DNA from: an uncultured Chloroflexia bacterium
Lineage (GTDB): Bacteria > Chloroflexota > Limnocylindria > Limnocylindrales > CSP1-4
Length of the DNA: 64,000 nucleotides
Assembly (NCBI GenBank): GCA_963728605.1
Contig: CAVSKS010000009.1
Location: forward strand, 77,447 to 141,446
Direction: 5' to 3'
Part shown: one piece after another, positions 7,403-16,147 of the stretch
Layout: every line of letters begins with the position of its first letter
Numbering within the stretch: the stretch's first letter is position 1
Translations under genes and position numbers: made by a program
The notes under the pieces: generated by a model
Told to the model about the DNA's origin: nothing
What the model saw: only the letters and a program-made list of their open reading frames with translations
Databases searched by the model: none

Positions 7403-9933
7403 TGGACGTTGCCCTCGATGCGGACGCCGAAGCCGAAGCCGATGCCTTCCTGCCGGTCGCTCACGAACCGGATCAGGATCCCGCCGCTTGAGCGGTCGAC
7501 GTACCGCTCCGGGTTGGCCAGCTCGTAGGTGTTGCCCATCTCGAGCTGCGGCAGCCGGAGCCACGAGCCCTCGCCGGTCCGGTCGAACACTTCGACGTGG
7601 GGCATGATCGAGAAGCAGTCCTTGGTGTTGGGATCGCACGGCGGCTCGGGCTCCGGCTCAGCGCAATCGACCGGATCCGTCTCCTCGTCGAGGCACGGTT
7701 GTGGATCGAGCGGCTCGATGGCTCGCCCGGCGCCGACGCCGCCGGCCATCTCGCCACCCCAGTTCGCCGCCAGGCGGACGCGAGTGGCCGTCATCTGACC
7801 CTCGAAGGGCACCGGCGAATAGCCCAGCGTCACCGACCCCAGCCCGAGGCTGATCGAGTTCTGGTTGAAGTTGAAGAAGCCGCCACCCATGTCCTGCTCG
7901 ACCACGGAAACCCGCAGCAGGTCACCCTCGAAGACCGTCGCGCCGGCGATCTTCATGCCCAGCGGCATGTAGTACAGGACGTTGCCGGTCCGGCGTGGCT
8001 CCTGGCCGGAGATCGTGACGTCGAGCACGTTCCCGGTGCCCCAGGCCAGCAGGACAGGGCTCTCGGACGGCAGCCGCGAGCTGCTGCCGAAGTTGGGATC
8101 GAAGGTCAGGTGATCGATGACCGCGTGGCGGACGATGTTCCGCGCCGTCGTGTCCGTCTCACGGCTGGGATCACCGAAGAACACCCCGCCGAGGATCTGG
8201 TTCGACAGCGATTCGCCGGTGAAATTGGGGCGGACCACCATCGAGATCGACTGGCTGGCGCCGGGCTCCAGGTCGCGGAGCGTCACGAACGAGCTGCCCA
8301 GGACGACGGCGGGCTTCTCGAGCCTCTCGGTCGACTGGTTGGTGACCGTGCCCTGCAGCACGCCGTTGGTCAGCGTCAGGTCCGTCGTGATCAACGGGAC
8401 GGTGGCTGCGGTCTCGGCCCGCAGGGTGCGCAGCGAACCGACGCCGATCGCCAGGTTGCGAACCCGGGCGGTCGATCCCTGGAGCACGTCGATCAGCGAC
8501 GCGCCGCCGGCATTGAGGAAGTCGCCCGTCAGGGTCGACGACAGCAGGGCCCCGCCCGGGACCTCGAGCTGGTAGGTGCCGCGCGAGGGGGAGAACACGC
8601 CGAGGTAGACCTGGGCCGTGCCCTCCTGGGCATTCGGCGCGCCGCGAACGATCGCCACCTCGTTGACCACGACGTCCAGGCCGCGCAGCGCGGCGCCGAA
8701 CCCGTACGAGCCGGCGGCGAACACCGCGATCAGGACGGGCATCGTGACCCAGGCCCACTCCCGCCGGTCCAGCCGGCGGAGGATCAGGTAGTTCACCGGG
8801 CCGATCAGGATGATGTAGCCGGCGAGCAGGATTAGGAGGCCGTCGATCGGTGGCAGTGCCAGGTTCGGGACCCGCGACACGGCGTTGACCAGCTGGCCGT
8901 CGTCGGTCTGGACGAAGCCGGTGGTCGCGCGCGGGGGCATGAAGGTTCGCCACATCCCCTCGGTGGTCGGGGAATCGGTGATCCAGTTGGTCGTGGGGTC
9001 GAAGCCCAGGATCGTCACCGCGCCGGACCCGTAGCTGGTCTCGGCGGCGATCGCCCGGTCGCCGATCGAGGCGAGGGCCTGGCCGCGGAGCAGCTCGCCG
9101 GCAAGGACCGGCAACTCCGTCGCGCCGGCCGGCAGCTGGCCGATCACCGCCGTCACGGTTTCGGGCGGCGCGTCGAGCGTCGTCGTTGGACGGAAGGGGA
9201 GGATGTCATCGGGGAACGCGGAGAAGATCCCGGGACCCGCCGTGCCGCCGGCGATCACGAGCCGCCCGCCGCCGGCCAGCCAGCCCCGCATCGCGGTGAC
9301 CTGGTCGGCGGTCAGATCGACGGTGTCGACGTCCTGCCAGATGAGGCGATCGAGCGATGCCCACGCCTCCACCCGCTCGGGCAGGTCGGCCATCGTGAGG
9401 GCGACCAGGTTCGGGACCTGGCCGTTCGGCCCGCTGGGCAGCAGGTTGAGGCTGGGGATGATCTCCTCGGGCTGCTCGGCGACCACGCCCACGACCAGGC
9501 GAGTCGGGTCGTTGATCACGAAGTCGACGGTCTTCTCGACCCGAACCCCCTCGTCGACGACGAGGGAGACCTTGAGCGTGCTGCCGAACGTGGTTGGCGG
9601 CTGGGCGTACATGACGTACGTCTTGTCGGATGTCGTGGGCAGGTCGACCGGCGTGCCGAAGCGGGTCCGGCTCGACTGGCCGGTGGACAGGCGCAGCTCG
9701 CCGACGATCGGTGGCCCGTCGTTGGTCAGCCGGACCTGGATCGCCATCCAGGCGCCGACCCGGGCCTGGCCCTTGAGCAGGACGCGGGCCTCCATCGTCG
9801 GCCCCTCGGCCGCAGCCACCGGTGAGATCGACGGGACGAGCGCCGCCAACAGCAGCGCCGACACGGCAGCCAGGCGGAGCACGGTGGCGGTCCGGTGACG
9901 GGTCCGGTGCGAACGGTCTTCGGAGCGGTGCAC
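7399..9933 (-). CDS. Large secreted/membrane protein, function unknown (first gene of ABC-MoxR operon)
   Basis: 844-aa intact ORF. GTG start with AGGAGGG 5 nt upstream. Signal-like N-terminus LRLAAVSALLLAALVPSISPVAAA. Two central TM helices (IDGLLILLAGYIILIGPVNYLIL; WVTMPVLIAVFAAGSYGFGAAL). No family recognised with certainty; a GldG-like auxiliary role is only a guess. Confidence 0.7.
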   Translation of the reverse strand: MHRSEDRSHRTRHRTATVLRLAAVSALLLAALVPSISPVAAAEGPTMEARVLLKGQARVGAWMAIQVRLTNDGPPIVGELRLSTGQSSRTRFGTPVDLPTTSDKTYVMYAQPPTTFGSTLKVSLVVDEGVRVEKTVDFVINDPTRLVVGVVAEQPEEIIPSLNLLPSGPNGQVPNLVALTMADLPERVEAWASLDRLIWQDVDTVDLTADQVTAMRGWLAGGGRLVIAGGTAGPGIFSAFPDDILPFRPTTTLDAPPETVTAVIGQLPAGATELPVLAGELLRGQALASIGDRAIAAETSYGSGAVTILGFDPTTNWITDSPTTEGMWRTFMPPRATTGFVQTDDGQLVNAVSRVPNLALPPIDGLLILLAGYIILIGPVNYLILRRLDRREWAWVTMPVLIAVFAAGSYGFGAALRGLDVVVNEVAIVRGAPNAQEGTAQVYLGVFSPSRGTYQLEVPGGALLSSTLTGDFLNAGGASLIDVLQGSTARVRNLAIGVGSLRTLRAETAATVPLITTDLTLTNGVLQGTVTNQSTERLEKPAVVLGSSFVTLRDLEPGASQSISMVVRPNFTGESLSNQILGGVFFGDPSRETDTTARNIVRHAVIDHLTFDPNFGSSSRLPSESPVLLAWGTGNVLDVTISGQEPRRTGNVLYYMPLGMKIAGATVFEGDLLRVSVVEQDMGGGFFNFNQNSISLGLGSVTLGYSPVPFEGQMTATRVRLAANWGGEMAGGVGAGRAIEPLDPQPCLDEETDPVDCAEPEPEPPCDPNTKDCFSIMPHVEVFDRTGEGSWLRLPQLEMGNTYELANPERYVDRSSGGILIRFVSDRQEGIGFGFGVRIEGNVQ

Positions 9934-10139
9934 GAACCCTCCTGGGGTCTGCGGCGCAGGATCGATCGCATCCTCGACGCCTCGACCCCCCGAAAAGTTG
10001 CGATAGCTCCGTCACGTTCCGGTAACAGCACCGAATCGATTGCGGCGCGAACGCGGCGGCTATCGTACGATGCCCGTCGTCCCCGCCCGCCGTTCGCCGC
10101 GCCGATGCCGCCGATTCGGGCGGCCGATTCGAGGAGGCC

Positions 10140-11450
10140 GTGCCCAAGGTCCGCGCGTTCCGTGCGCTCCGGTTCAGCCCGGATTCGGTCGACGACCTGT
10201 CACGCGTCGTCAGCCCGCCGTACGACGTCATCGCCCCGGCGGAGCAGCGGACGCTGCTCGACCGCCACCCCCGCAACGTGGTCCGGCTGGACCTGCCCGA
10301 GGTGGAGCCCGGCGAGGAGCCGGATGAGCGGTATCGCCGCGCGGCACGAACACTCGCCGCCTGGCGCTCCGACGGCACGCTCCACAAGGACCCGCGACCG
10401 TCGCTGTACGCCTACGAGCAGGTCTACCAGCTCCCCGGGGACCACGAGGAGCGGCGGCAGATCGGCTTTTTCGGGCGACTGCTCCTCGAACCGCTCGAGC
10501 CCGACAGCACGGTGCGGCCGCACGAACGCACGATGGCCGCCGCGCGCGAGGACCGCTACCGGTTGCTTCGGGCGACCGGGGTCAACACGTCGCCGGTGGT
10601 GACGATGTTCGACGACCTTGCCGGCGACGCTGCGTCCAGCCTCGCGGGGATCGCGGCAACCCCACCCGCCGTGGAGATCGCCGTCGATGGCGTGTGTCAC
10701 CGGTTGTGGGCGATCCCGGACGACGGCGAACCCGACGGCCTGGTCGCCCGGCTCACCCGGGCGGTCGAAGCGGGACCGCTCACGATCGCCGACGGGCACC
10801 ACCGCTACGAGACCGCCCTCCGCTACCGGGACGAGCGGCGGATGAGCCGGTCGTGCGAGGAGGACCCGGCGTTCGATTACATCCTCAGCCTGTTCCTCGA
10901 CAGCCGGTCGCAGTCGCTGACCGTGCTGCCAACCCACCGGCTGGTCCGCGGCCTTGGCGATGGTGCAGCGGTGCTTGCCGCCGCGGCCGCGTCCCTGTTC
11001 GACGTCGTCCCGGCCGATCGGACGGCCCTCGAGCGCTTTGGCACAGCCGCCGGCGCCGGCGGTAGGGGGCGGTTCGGCCTGTGGGCTGCCGGAGCCGGAC
11101 ACGTCCTCTCCGCTCGCCGCGAGATGCTGGAGCCGCTGCTGCCGCCGGGCGGCGAAGCGGTTCGCCGACTCGACGTCACGATCATGGGCGTCGCGCTCGA
11201 GCGTCTCGCCGGGATCGACGCCGAGGCGATCGCCGAGGGTGAGCGGCTGGAGTACACCAAGTCCGCCCGCGAGGCAGTGGACCGGGTCGACGATCCCTCC
11301 GATCCCGTCGATGCGGCATTCCTGCTCGAACCGACGCCCGTCCGGTCGATCATCGACGTCGCCGCCGCGGGTGACGTGATGCCCCAGAAGTCGACCTATT
11401 TCCATCCCAAGCCGTTGACCGGCCTGGTCATCAACCCCCACGAGTGGTGA
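10140..11450 (+). CDS. DUF1015 family protein
   Basis: 436 aa. GTG start preceded by GAGGAGG. N-terminal RAFRALRF...VVSPPYDVI and ADGHHRYETAL motifs are characteristic of DUF1015. Confidence 0.85.
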   Translation: MPKVRAFRALRFSPDSVDDLSRVVSPPYDVIAPAEQRTLLDRHPRNVVRLDLPEVEPGEEPDERYRRAARTLAAWRSDGTLHKDPRPSLYAYEQVYQLPGDHEERRQIGFFGRLLLEPLEPDSTVRPHERTMAAAREDRYRLLRATGVNTSPVVTMFDDLAGDAASSLAGIAATPPAVEIAVDGVCHRLWAIPDDGEPDGLVARLTRAVEAGPLTIADGHHRYETALRYRDERRMSRSCEEDPAFDYILSLFLDSRSQSLTVLPTHRLVRGLGDGAAVLAAAAASLFDVVPADRTALERFGTAAGAGGRGRFGLWAAGAGHVLSARREMLEPLLPPGGEAVRRLDVTIMGVALERLAGIDAEAIAEGERLEYTKSAREAVDRVDDPSDPVDAAFLLEPTPVRSIIDVAAAGDVMPQKSTYFHPKPLTGLVINPHEW

Positions 11451-12334
11451 GCCCGATGCCCGATACGACCCCCGACCAGATCCTCGCCCGGGCCCAGGTC
11501 CCGCCGGTCAACGGGCGGCCGGTTCGCAAGGACGAGATCGAGCTCCACGAACGGGGTCTGTACATCGAATCGTGGCTGCCGGAACGCCGTTCTCGCCGCA
11601 AGCCGCTGCTGTTCATCCACGGCGAGCTGGCCGGCTCGTGGCTCTGGGAGCGCTACCTCGGCTACTTCGCCGGGCGTGGCTGGGAGGGCCATGCCCTCAA
11701 CCTGCGCAATCACTTCTGGTCGCAGACCGCCGACGCCGCCGAGCTGTCGTTCGACACCTATACCGAGGACGTGGTCGCGGCGATCGCCCGCCTCGGTCCC
11801 AATGCCGTGGTGGTCGGCCACGCGATGGGCGGCCTGCTGGCCCTCAAGGCGGCCGAACGGATGCCGATCAGCGGCCTGGTGCTGCTGTCACCCGAACCAC
11901 CGGCGGCCCTGCGGGAGGAGGCCCGGCCGTACGAGATCCGCGAGATCCCGGATGTCTACGGGAAGGCCTGGATCGGCTGGGAGACGCTGCCCGAGAAGCT
12001 CCAGCGCGACCACCGCGACCTGACCATCGGCGACGTGCTCCGGATTCAGCATCTCCTCGGCCAGAAGGCCCACGAGGCCGGCAACGCCCGCCGCCAGGTG
12101 CTGCGGGGCGTGTCCGTGGATGCGCGTGCGCTCGCCGGGATCCCCAAGCTGGTGATCGGGGCCGGACTCGACCGGTACGTGCCGGAGACCTCCTCGGAGG
12201 GGGTGGCGGAGTGGCTGGACGCCGAGTACGAGCCGTTCGGGGCCCATTCGCATTTCGGCCTCGTCCTCGCCGAGAACGGCTTCCAGCAGGTCGCCGAGTC
12301 GATCCGGGGCTTCCTGGAAACGCACCGGCTGTAA
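11444..12334 (+). CDS. Alpha/beta-hydrolase-fold protein with Ala at the nucleophile position
   Basis: 296 aa. Overlaps the DUF1015 stop; alternative starts are GTG 11444, GTG 11447 and ATG 11456. The nucleophile elbow reads VVGHAMGGLLAL (GCG = Ala) where GHSMGG is expected. Candidate Asp (GLDRYVP) and His (GAHSHFG) are retained. Confidence 0.8.
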   Translation: MVSPMPDTTPDQILARAQVPPVNGRPVRKDEIELHERGLYIESWLPERRSRRKPLLFIHGELAGSWLWERYLGYFAGRGWEGHALNLRNHFWSQTADAAELSFDTYTEDVVAAIARLGPNAVVVGHAMGGLLALKAAERMPISGLVLLSPEPPAALREEARPYEIREIPDVYGKAWIGWETLPEKLQRDHRDLTIGDVLRIQHLLGQKAHEAGNARRQVLRGVSVDARALAGIPKLVIGAGLDRYVPETSSEGVAEWLDAEYEPFGAHSHFGLVLAENGFQQVAESIRGFLETHRL

Positions 12335-12425
12335 GCCCGGGCGGCCCGCCCGCGGTTGCCACGTTTCGGGGAGGGTTGCTACCATTTCGACCGTCCGGCG
12401 GCTCCTGCAAGCCCGCCGCGTCCGT

Positions 12426-12502
12426 GCCGCATTCGTCTAGAGGCCCAGGACACCGCCCTCTCAAGGCGGAGATCACCGGTTCGAATCCGGTATGCGGTAC
12501 CA
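12426..12502 (+). tRNA. tRNA-Glu (anticodon CTC), CCA encoded
   Basis: Folded by hand: acceptor GCCGCAT/ATGCGGT, D-arm GTCT-AGAGGCCC-AGGAC, anticodon stem CCGCC/GGCGG with loop CTCTCAA, T-arm ACCGG-TTCGAAT-CCGGT, discriminator A, then CCA. Nearly collinear with E. coli tRNA-Glu. Confidence 0.93.
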
Positions 12503-12751
12503 ACTCCGAACCGCAACTGTCTGTGGACCGCCACGGCGAGCCTGGGTGTCGGCCGCCGCCCGGTTCGGATCCGCAAACCGTGCGATCGCGTGCCTTTCGA
12601 CGTCGTGCGACTGGGGTCGACGTGCCGCGATTCCTCGAGGTTTGTGCACAACGATCGGCGAGGCTGGCGAGAAGTGACAAAGGACTGGCCCCGGCAGACC
12701 CATACCGTGTGATGTGCAAAGGCTCAAGCCGATGCCGTTAGCGGAAGTGGG

Positions 12752-13300
12752 ATGGATACCGACCTGGTGGTCCGAGCGCAACGTGGCGACATGGAGGCTT
12801 ACTCCCTCCTCGCTGCGCGGATCGCCGACCGGTTCCTCGGGGTCGCGCGCCGGATCCTGCGCGACCGCGATCTTGCCGAGGACGCGACGCAGCAGGCGCT
12901 GCTGACGGCCTGGCAGGACCTCCCGCGACTCAATGACCCGGCCCGCTTCGAGGCCTGGTCGTACCGGCTCCTCGTGCACGCCTGCTATGCCGAGGGCCGC
13001 AAGGAGCGTCGCTGGGCACCGAACCTGCACGTGCTCCCGACCGACGAGGCGATGTCGGATGCCGAACTCGGAGCGGTCGTCGATCGCGACCAACTCGAGC
13101 GTGGCTTCCGGCGCCTCCCGATCGATCACCGAACGGTGCTGGTGCTCTACCACTACCTCGACAAGCCACTCGACGAGATCGCGAGGATCCTCGAGATCCC
13201 CGTCGGGACGGCCCACTCACGTCTACATCACGCGATGCGCGGCATGCGCGCGGCCCTCGAGGCCGACGCGCGACCGACGGCGCGGGAGGCAGCGCAATGA
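12752..13300 (+). CDS. ECF-type RNA polymerase sigma factor (paralog A)
   Basis: 182 aa. Region 2 (DLAEDATQQALLTAWQDLPRLNDPARFEAWSYRLLV) and region 4 HTH (LDEIARILEIPVGTAHSRLHHAMRGMR). Confidence 0.9.
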   Translation: MDTDLVVRAQRGDMEAYSLLAARIADRFLGVARRILRDRDLAEDATQQALLTAWQDLPRLNDPARFEAWSYRLLVHACYAEGRKERRWAPNLHVLPTDEAMSDAELGAVVDRDQLERGFRRLPIDHRTVLVLYHYLDKPLDEIARILEIPVGTAHSRLHHAMRGMRAALEADARPTAREAAQ

Positions 13301-14157
13301 GCGCAGAACTCGACGTCAACCGCATCGTCCGGTCGTGGATCCGGGCAGAGGAGCACGACTCGGCGGACCGTGTCCTCCAGATCGTCCTGTCGCGCCTGGA
13401 CACGACCCCACAGCGGCGGCACGTGTGGTCGCTGCGGAGGGACTTCCACGTGAACAAGCTCGCTCCGGCGGCGATCGCGGCAGCGGCAGTGGTGGCCGTC
13501 GCGGTCGTGGGCATCAACCTATTGCCCGGGAGCCGGACTGGATCGGGCGGTCCCCCGCCTTCCGCCTCCCCGTCCCCTTCGCCGAGTCCGACCCCGGAAC
13601 TCGTGACGCATGTGGTCAGGCCGGGCGGCTCCGACGACCAGGACCCTCGCGCCGCTTCGATCACCATCACCCTCGACGCCCCTGCGTCGTGGGAGCGATT
13701 CGAGGAAATTGGCGTGTGGATCGATGACAACGCGCCGCCCGATGGGGCCGCCTTGTTCACCTACGGGGGGGCCGACGTCGGGCTCTACAGCGATCCTTGT
13801 CGTCCCGAGCCTCGCGGCGATGCCGACATCGCCGTCGGCCCGACGGTCGACGACCTCGTTACCGCCCTCGTCGACCACCCGTCGCTTGAGGTGACCTCCC
13901 CCGTTGACGTTACGCTCGCCGGGTATTCCGGAACGTACCTGGACCTCCTGGTCCCGGACGACATCAGTCCGTGCGCCACCTACCACGCCATGGACGCGCA
14001 CATTTACGCCCAGGGTCCCGGCCATCGCTGGCACATGTGGGTGCTCGACGTCGGCGGCGTCCGGGTGGTGGTCGAGACGGACGATTACGCCGGAACATCC
14101 GCCCAGCGTCGGGCCGAGCTTCAGTCGATCGTGGATTCCATCCAGATCACTCACTGA
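13297..14157 (+). CDS. Single-pass membrane partner of ECF sigma A (putative non-canonical anti-sigma), unknown ectodomain
   Basis: ATGA overlap with the sigma stop. N-terminus MSAELDVNRIVRSWIRAEEHD...LSRLDTTPQRR, then TM AAIAAAAVVAVAVVGINLL, a Pro/Ser linker, and a ~190-aa extracytoplasmic domain. No HxxxCxxC zinc motif. Confidence 0.7.
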   Translation: MSAELDVNRIVRSWIRAEEHDSADRVLQIVLSRLDTTPQRRHVWSLRRDFHVNKLAPAAIAAAAVVAVAVVGINLLPGSRTGSGGPPPSASPSPSPSPTPELVTHVVRPGGSDDQDPRAASITITLDAPASWERFEEIGVWIDDNAPPDGAALFTYGGADVGLYSDPCRPEPRGDADIAVGPTVDDLVTALVDHPSLEVTSPVDVTLAGYSGTYLDLLVPDDISPCATYHAMDAHIYAQGPGHRWHMWVLDVGGVRVVVETDDYAGTSAQRRAELQSIVDSIQITH

Positions 14158-14286
14158 CGAGCGCGGCCGCTCGAGGCCGCTCGCGACCGATCCAACACAT
14201 TCCAAGGAGGTCCGGCCATGTTCCGGAGGTCAGCCACCGCACGCCTCGAATCGCCCACACAGGTCCCATCGAAAGTGAGGAGTCCC

Positions 14287-15540
14287 ATGGTCCCAAAGCG
14301 CCTCGCGTTCGCCGCGGTGATCGCCATGCTGGTCGTGCCGGCGGGTCCCATCCACGCAAGCGGTGACGGCGACGTCGTCCTGGACTGGAACGCCATCATG
14401 GTGACGACCGTCAGCGGCCAGAACCCGTTCGCCCAGGCACGCTTCGCGGCGATCACGCAGCTGGCCGTGTTCGAGGCGGTCAACTCGATCACCGGCGACT
14501 ACGACTCGTACCTGTCGCCGATCGATGCCCCGGCCGGCGCGTCCGCCGAGGCGGCCGCCGTGGCCGCGGCGCATGCCGTCCTCGTGAACTACTTCCCGGG
14601 AGCGGCAGCTACGCTGGACGCGGCCCGGGCTGCATCGCTCTCCGCGATCCCCGACGGCCAGTCAGAGGATGACGGCATCGCCGTTGGCCAGGCGGCCGCT
14701 GCGGCGCTCATCGCCCTGCGCACCGGCGACGGATCGAGCCCACCCCAGTTCCATCAGCCGGCGTCGTCGGATCCGGGCGTGTGGCAGGCCACGCCGACCT
14801 GCCCGCCGGCCGGGGGGATCCTGCGCCACTGGCAGAATGTCACCCCGTTCGGCGTCGAGAGCAACGCCCAGTTCCGCTCGGACCCCCCACCAGCTCTGTG
14901 GAACCCCCAGTACGCGCGCGACTACGACGAGGTCGCGAGGGTCGGGGCCATCGACAGCCAGGACCGCCCGCAGGATCGGGCGGACGTGGCCCGGCTCTAT
15001 AACTCGCTCCTCGCGGTCGGCACCTGGAATGGGGTTGCCCGACAACTTGCCGGCGCCGATCCGCACTCGCTCTCCGAGCACGCCCGCGTCCTCGCCCTCC
15101 TGAACATGGCGATCGCCGATGCGCTCACGACGGTGATGGAGTCCAAGTACCACTACGACTTCTGGCGGCCGGAGACGGCGATTCGGGCCGGCGACGCGGA
15201 CGGGAACGAGCGAACCATCGCCCGCACCGACTACGTGCCATTCATCGCCACGCCGTGCTTCCCGAGCTACCCGTCCGCCCACGCGAGCGGGAGCTACGCC
15301 GGCCGGTCGATCCTCGAGCGAGTCTGGGGTGGTGGCGGACATTCGATCGTGATCAGCCACCCGGCTGTTCCGGGAGTCGAGGTCCGCTACACCAGCCTGA
15401 AGCAGATCACCGACGACATCGACGATGCCCGGATCTTCGGTGGGATTCACTTCCGCTTCGACCAGGAGGCGGGCGGGAAGCAGGGCCGGAGCGTTGGCCA
15501 GTACGTCTTCGCGCACTACCTGGAGGCCCTCGAACCCTAG
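14287..15540 (+). CDS. Secreted PAP2-superfamily protein, vanadium-haloperoxidase/acid-phosphatase-like
   Basis: ORF 14218..15540. I prefer ATG 14287 (GAGGAG 5 nt upstream; signal peptide MVPKRLAFAAVIAMLVVPAGPIHA). PAP2 motifs: YDFWRPETAIR, PSYPSAHAS, ARIFGGIHFRFD. Confidence 0.8.
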   Translation: MVPKRLAFAAVIAMLVVPAGPIHASGDGDVVLDWNAIMVTTVSGQNPFAQARFAAITQLAVFEAVNSITGDYDSYLSPIDAPAGASAEAAAVAAAHAVLVNYFPGAAATLDAARAASLSAIPDGQSEDDGIAVGQAAAAALIALRTGDGSSPPQFHQPASSDPGVWQATPTCPPAGGILRHWQNVTPFGVESNAQFRSDPPPALWNPQYARDYDEVARVGAIDSQDRPQDRADVARLYNSLLAVGTWNGVARQLAGADPHSLSEHARVLALLNMAIADALTTVMESKYHYDFWRPETAIRAGDADGNERTIARTDYVPFIATPCFPSYPSAHASGSYAGRSILERVWGGGGHSIVISHPAVPGVEVRYTSLKQITDDIDDARIFGGIHFRFDQEAGGKQGRSVGQYVFAHYLEALEP

Positions 15541-15592
15541 GCTTCACCCACCTGGTGGACGTCCTTGATGACGCTGCCTCACAGAAATCGAC

Positions 15593-15630
15593 GAACGTCC
15601 CGGGAGCGTCATGAGTGCCCCGGGACGTTC
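15593..15630. terminator. Perfect 12-bp inverted repeat (14-nt loop) between convergent genes
   Basis: gaacgtcccggg-agcgtcatgagtgc-cccgggacgttc, read directly. Lies 53 nt after the PAP2 gene stop. No T-tract, so intrinsic-terminator function is inferred only. Confidence 0.45.
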
Positions 15631-15637
15631 TGTCGGC

Positions 15638-15982
15638 TCAGCGAATGAGACGGATCTCACGGAGCGGATCGCCGCCGTCGATAAGCAGGCGGCCATCCGG
15701 GGTCAGAGCCGCGGCGATCCGCTTCAGGGCCAGCTCGCCGGCACGCGGATGGCGGCCGTCGAGCGCACCGACACGCACGGCGATTGCGAGGTCGTACGGC
15801 GCCTCGCCCGCCTCGAGCTCGAAGTCTTCGGCCGCAACCTGGCGGACGCTCAGGCGGCCGGCGGCGATCTGCTCGGCCGATCCTGCCCGGGTCTGGGCGA
15901 CCGCCTTTGGGGTGGCCGCAACACCAGCTTCGCGTGCTGGCCGCAGGGCTGGGAATCTCGCTCGCTGTCGAGGTTTCCCACT
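15638..15982 (-). pseudogene. C-terminal remnant of a class I SAM-dependent methyltransferase-like gene (no start codon)
   Basis: My translation of a minus frame missing from the track: ...GVAATPKAVAQTRAGSAEQIAAGRLSVRQVAAEDFELEAGEAPYDLAIAVRVGALDGRHPRAGELALKRIAAALTPDGRLLIDGGDPLREIRLIR*. The frame opens only after a TGA at 15983-15985 and has no GxGxG motif or usable start. Confidence 0.3.
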
Positions 15983-16125
15983 TCACCATCAGTGAGCGAG
16001 TGGCGTCGGCCGCTGACGTAATCCTCAACGGGCTCGGCGTGGTACTCGGCTGGCTCCTTGGTGGCACCGCGGTACGTGTGCTCGACGAACGCAATGCGGT
16101 CTCTGAGCCACGTCGTTCTGGATGA
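15934..16125 (+). pseudogene. C-terminal remnant of a VanZ-like membrane protein
   Basis: The tail of ORF 15784..16125 reads LAAGLGISLAVEVSHFTISERVASAADVILNGLGVVLGWLLGG, matching the VanZ C-terminal pattern (E..Q/H....R..S..D...N..G...G). The upstream part of the ORF is Arg/Pro-rich nonsense with no TM helices. Confidence 0.3.
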
Positions 16126-16147
16126 GCGAGCTGCTGCGGACTGACGT

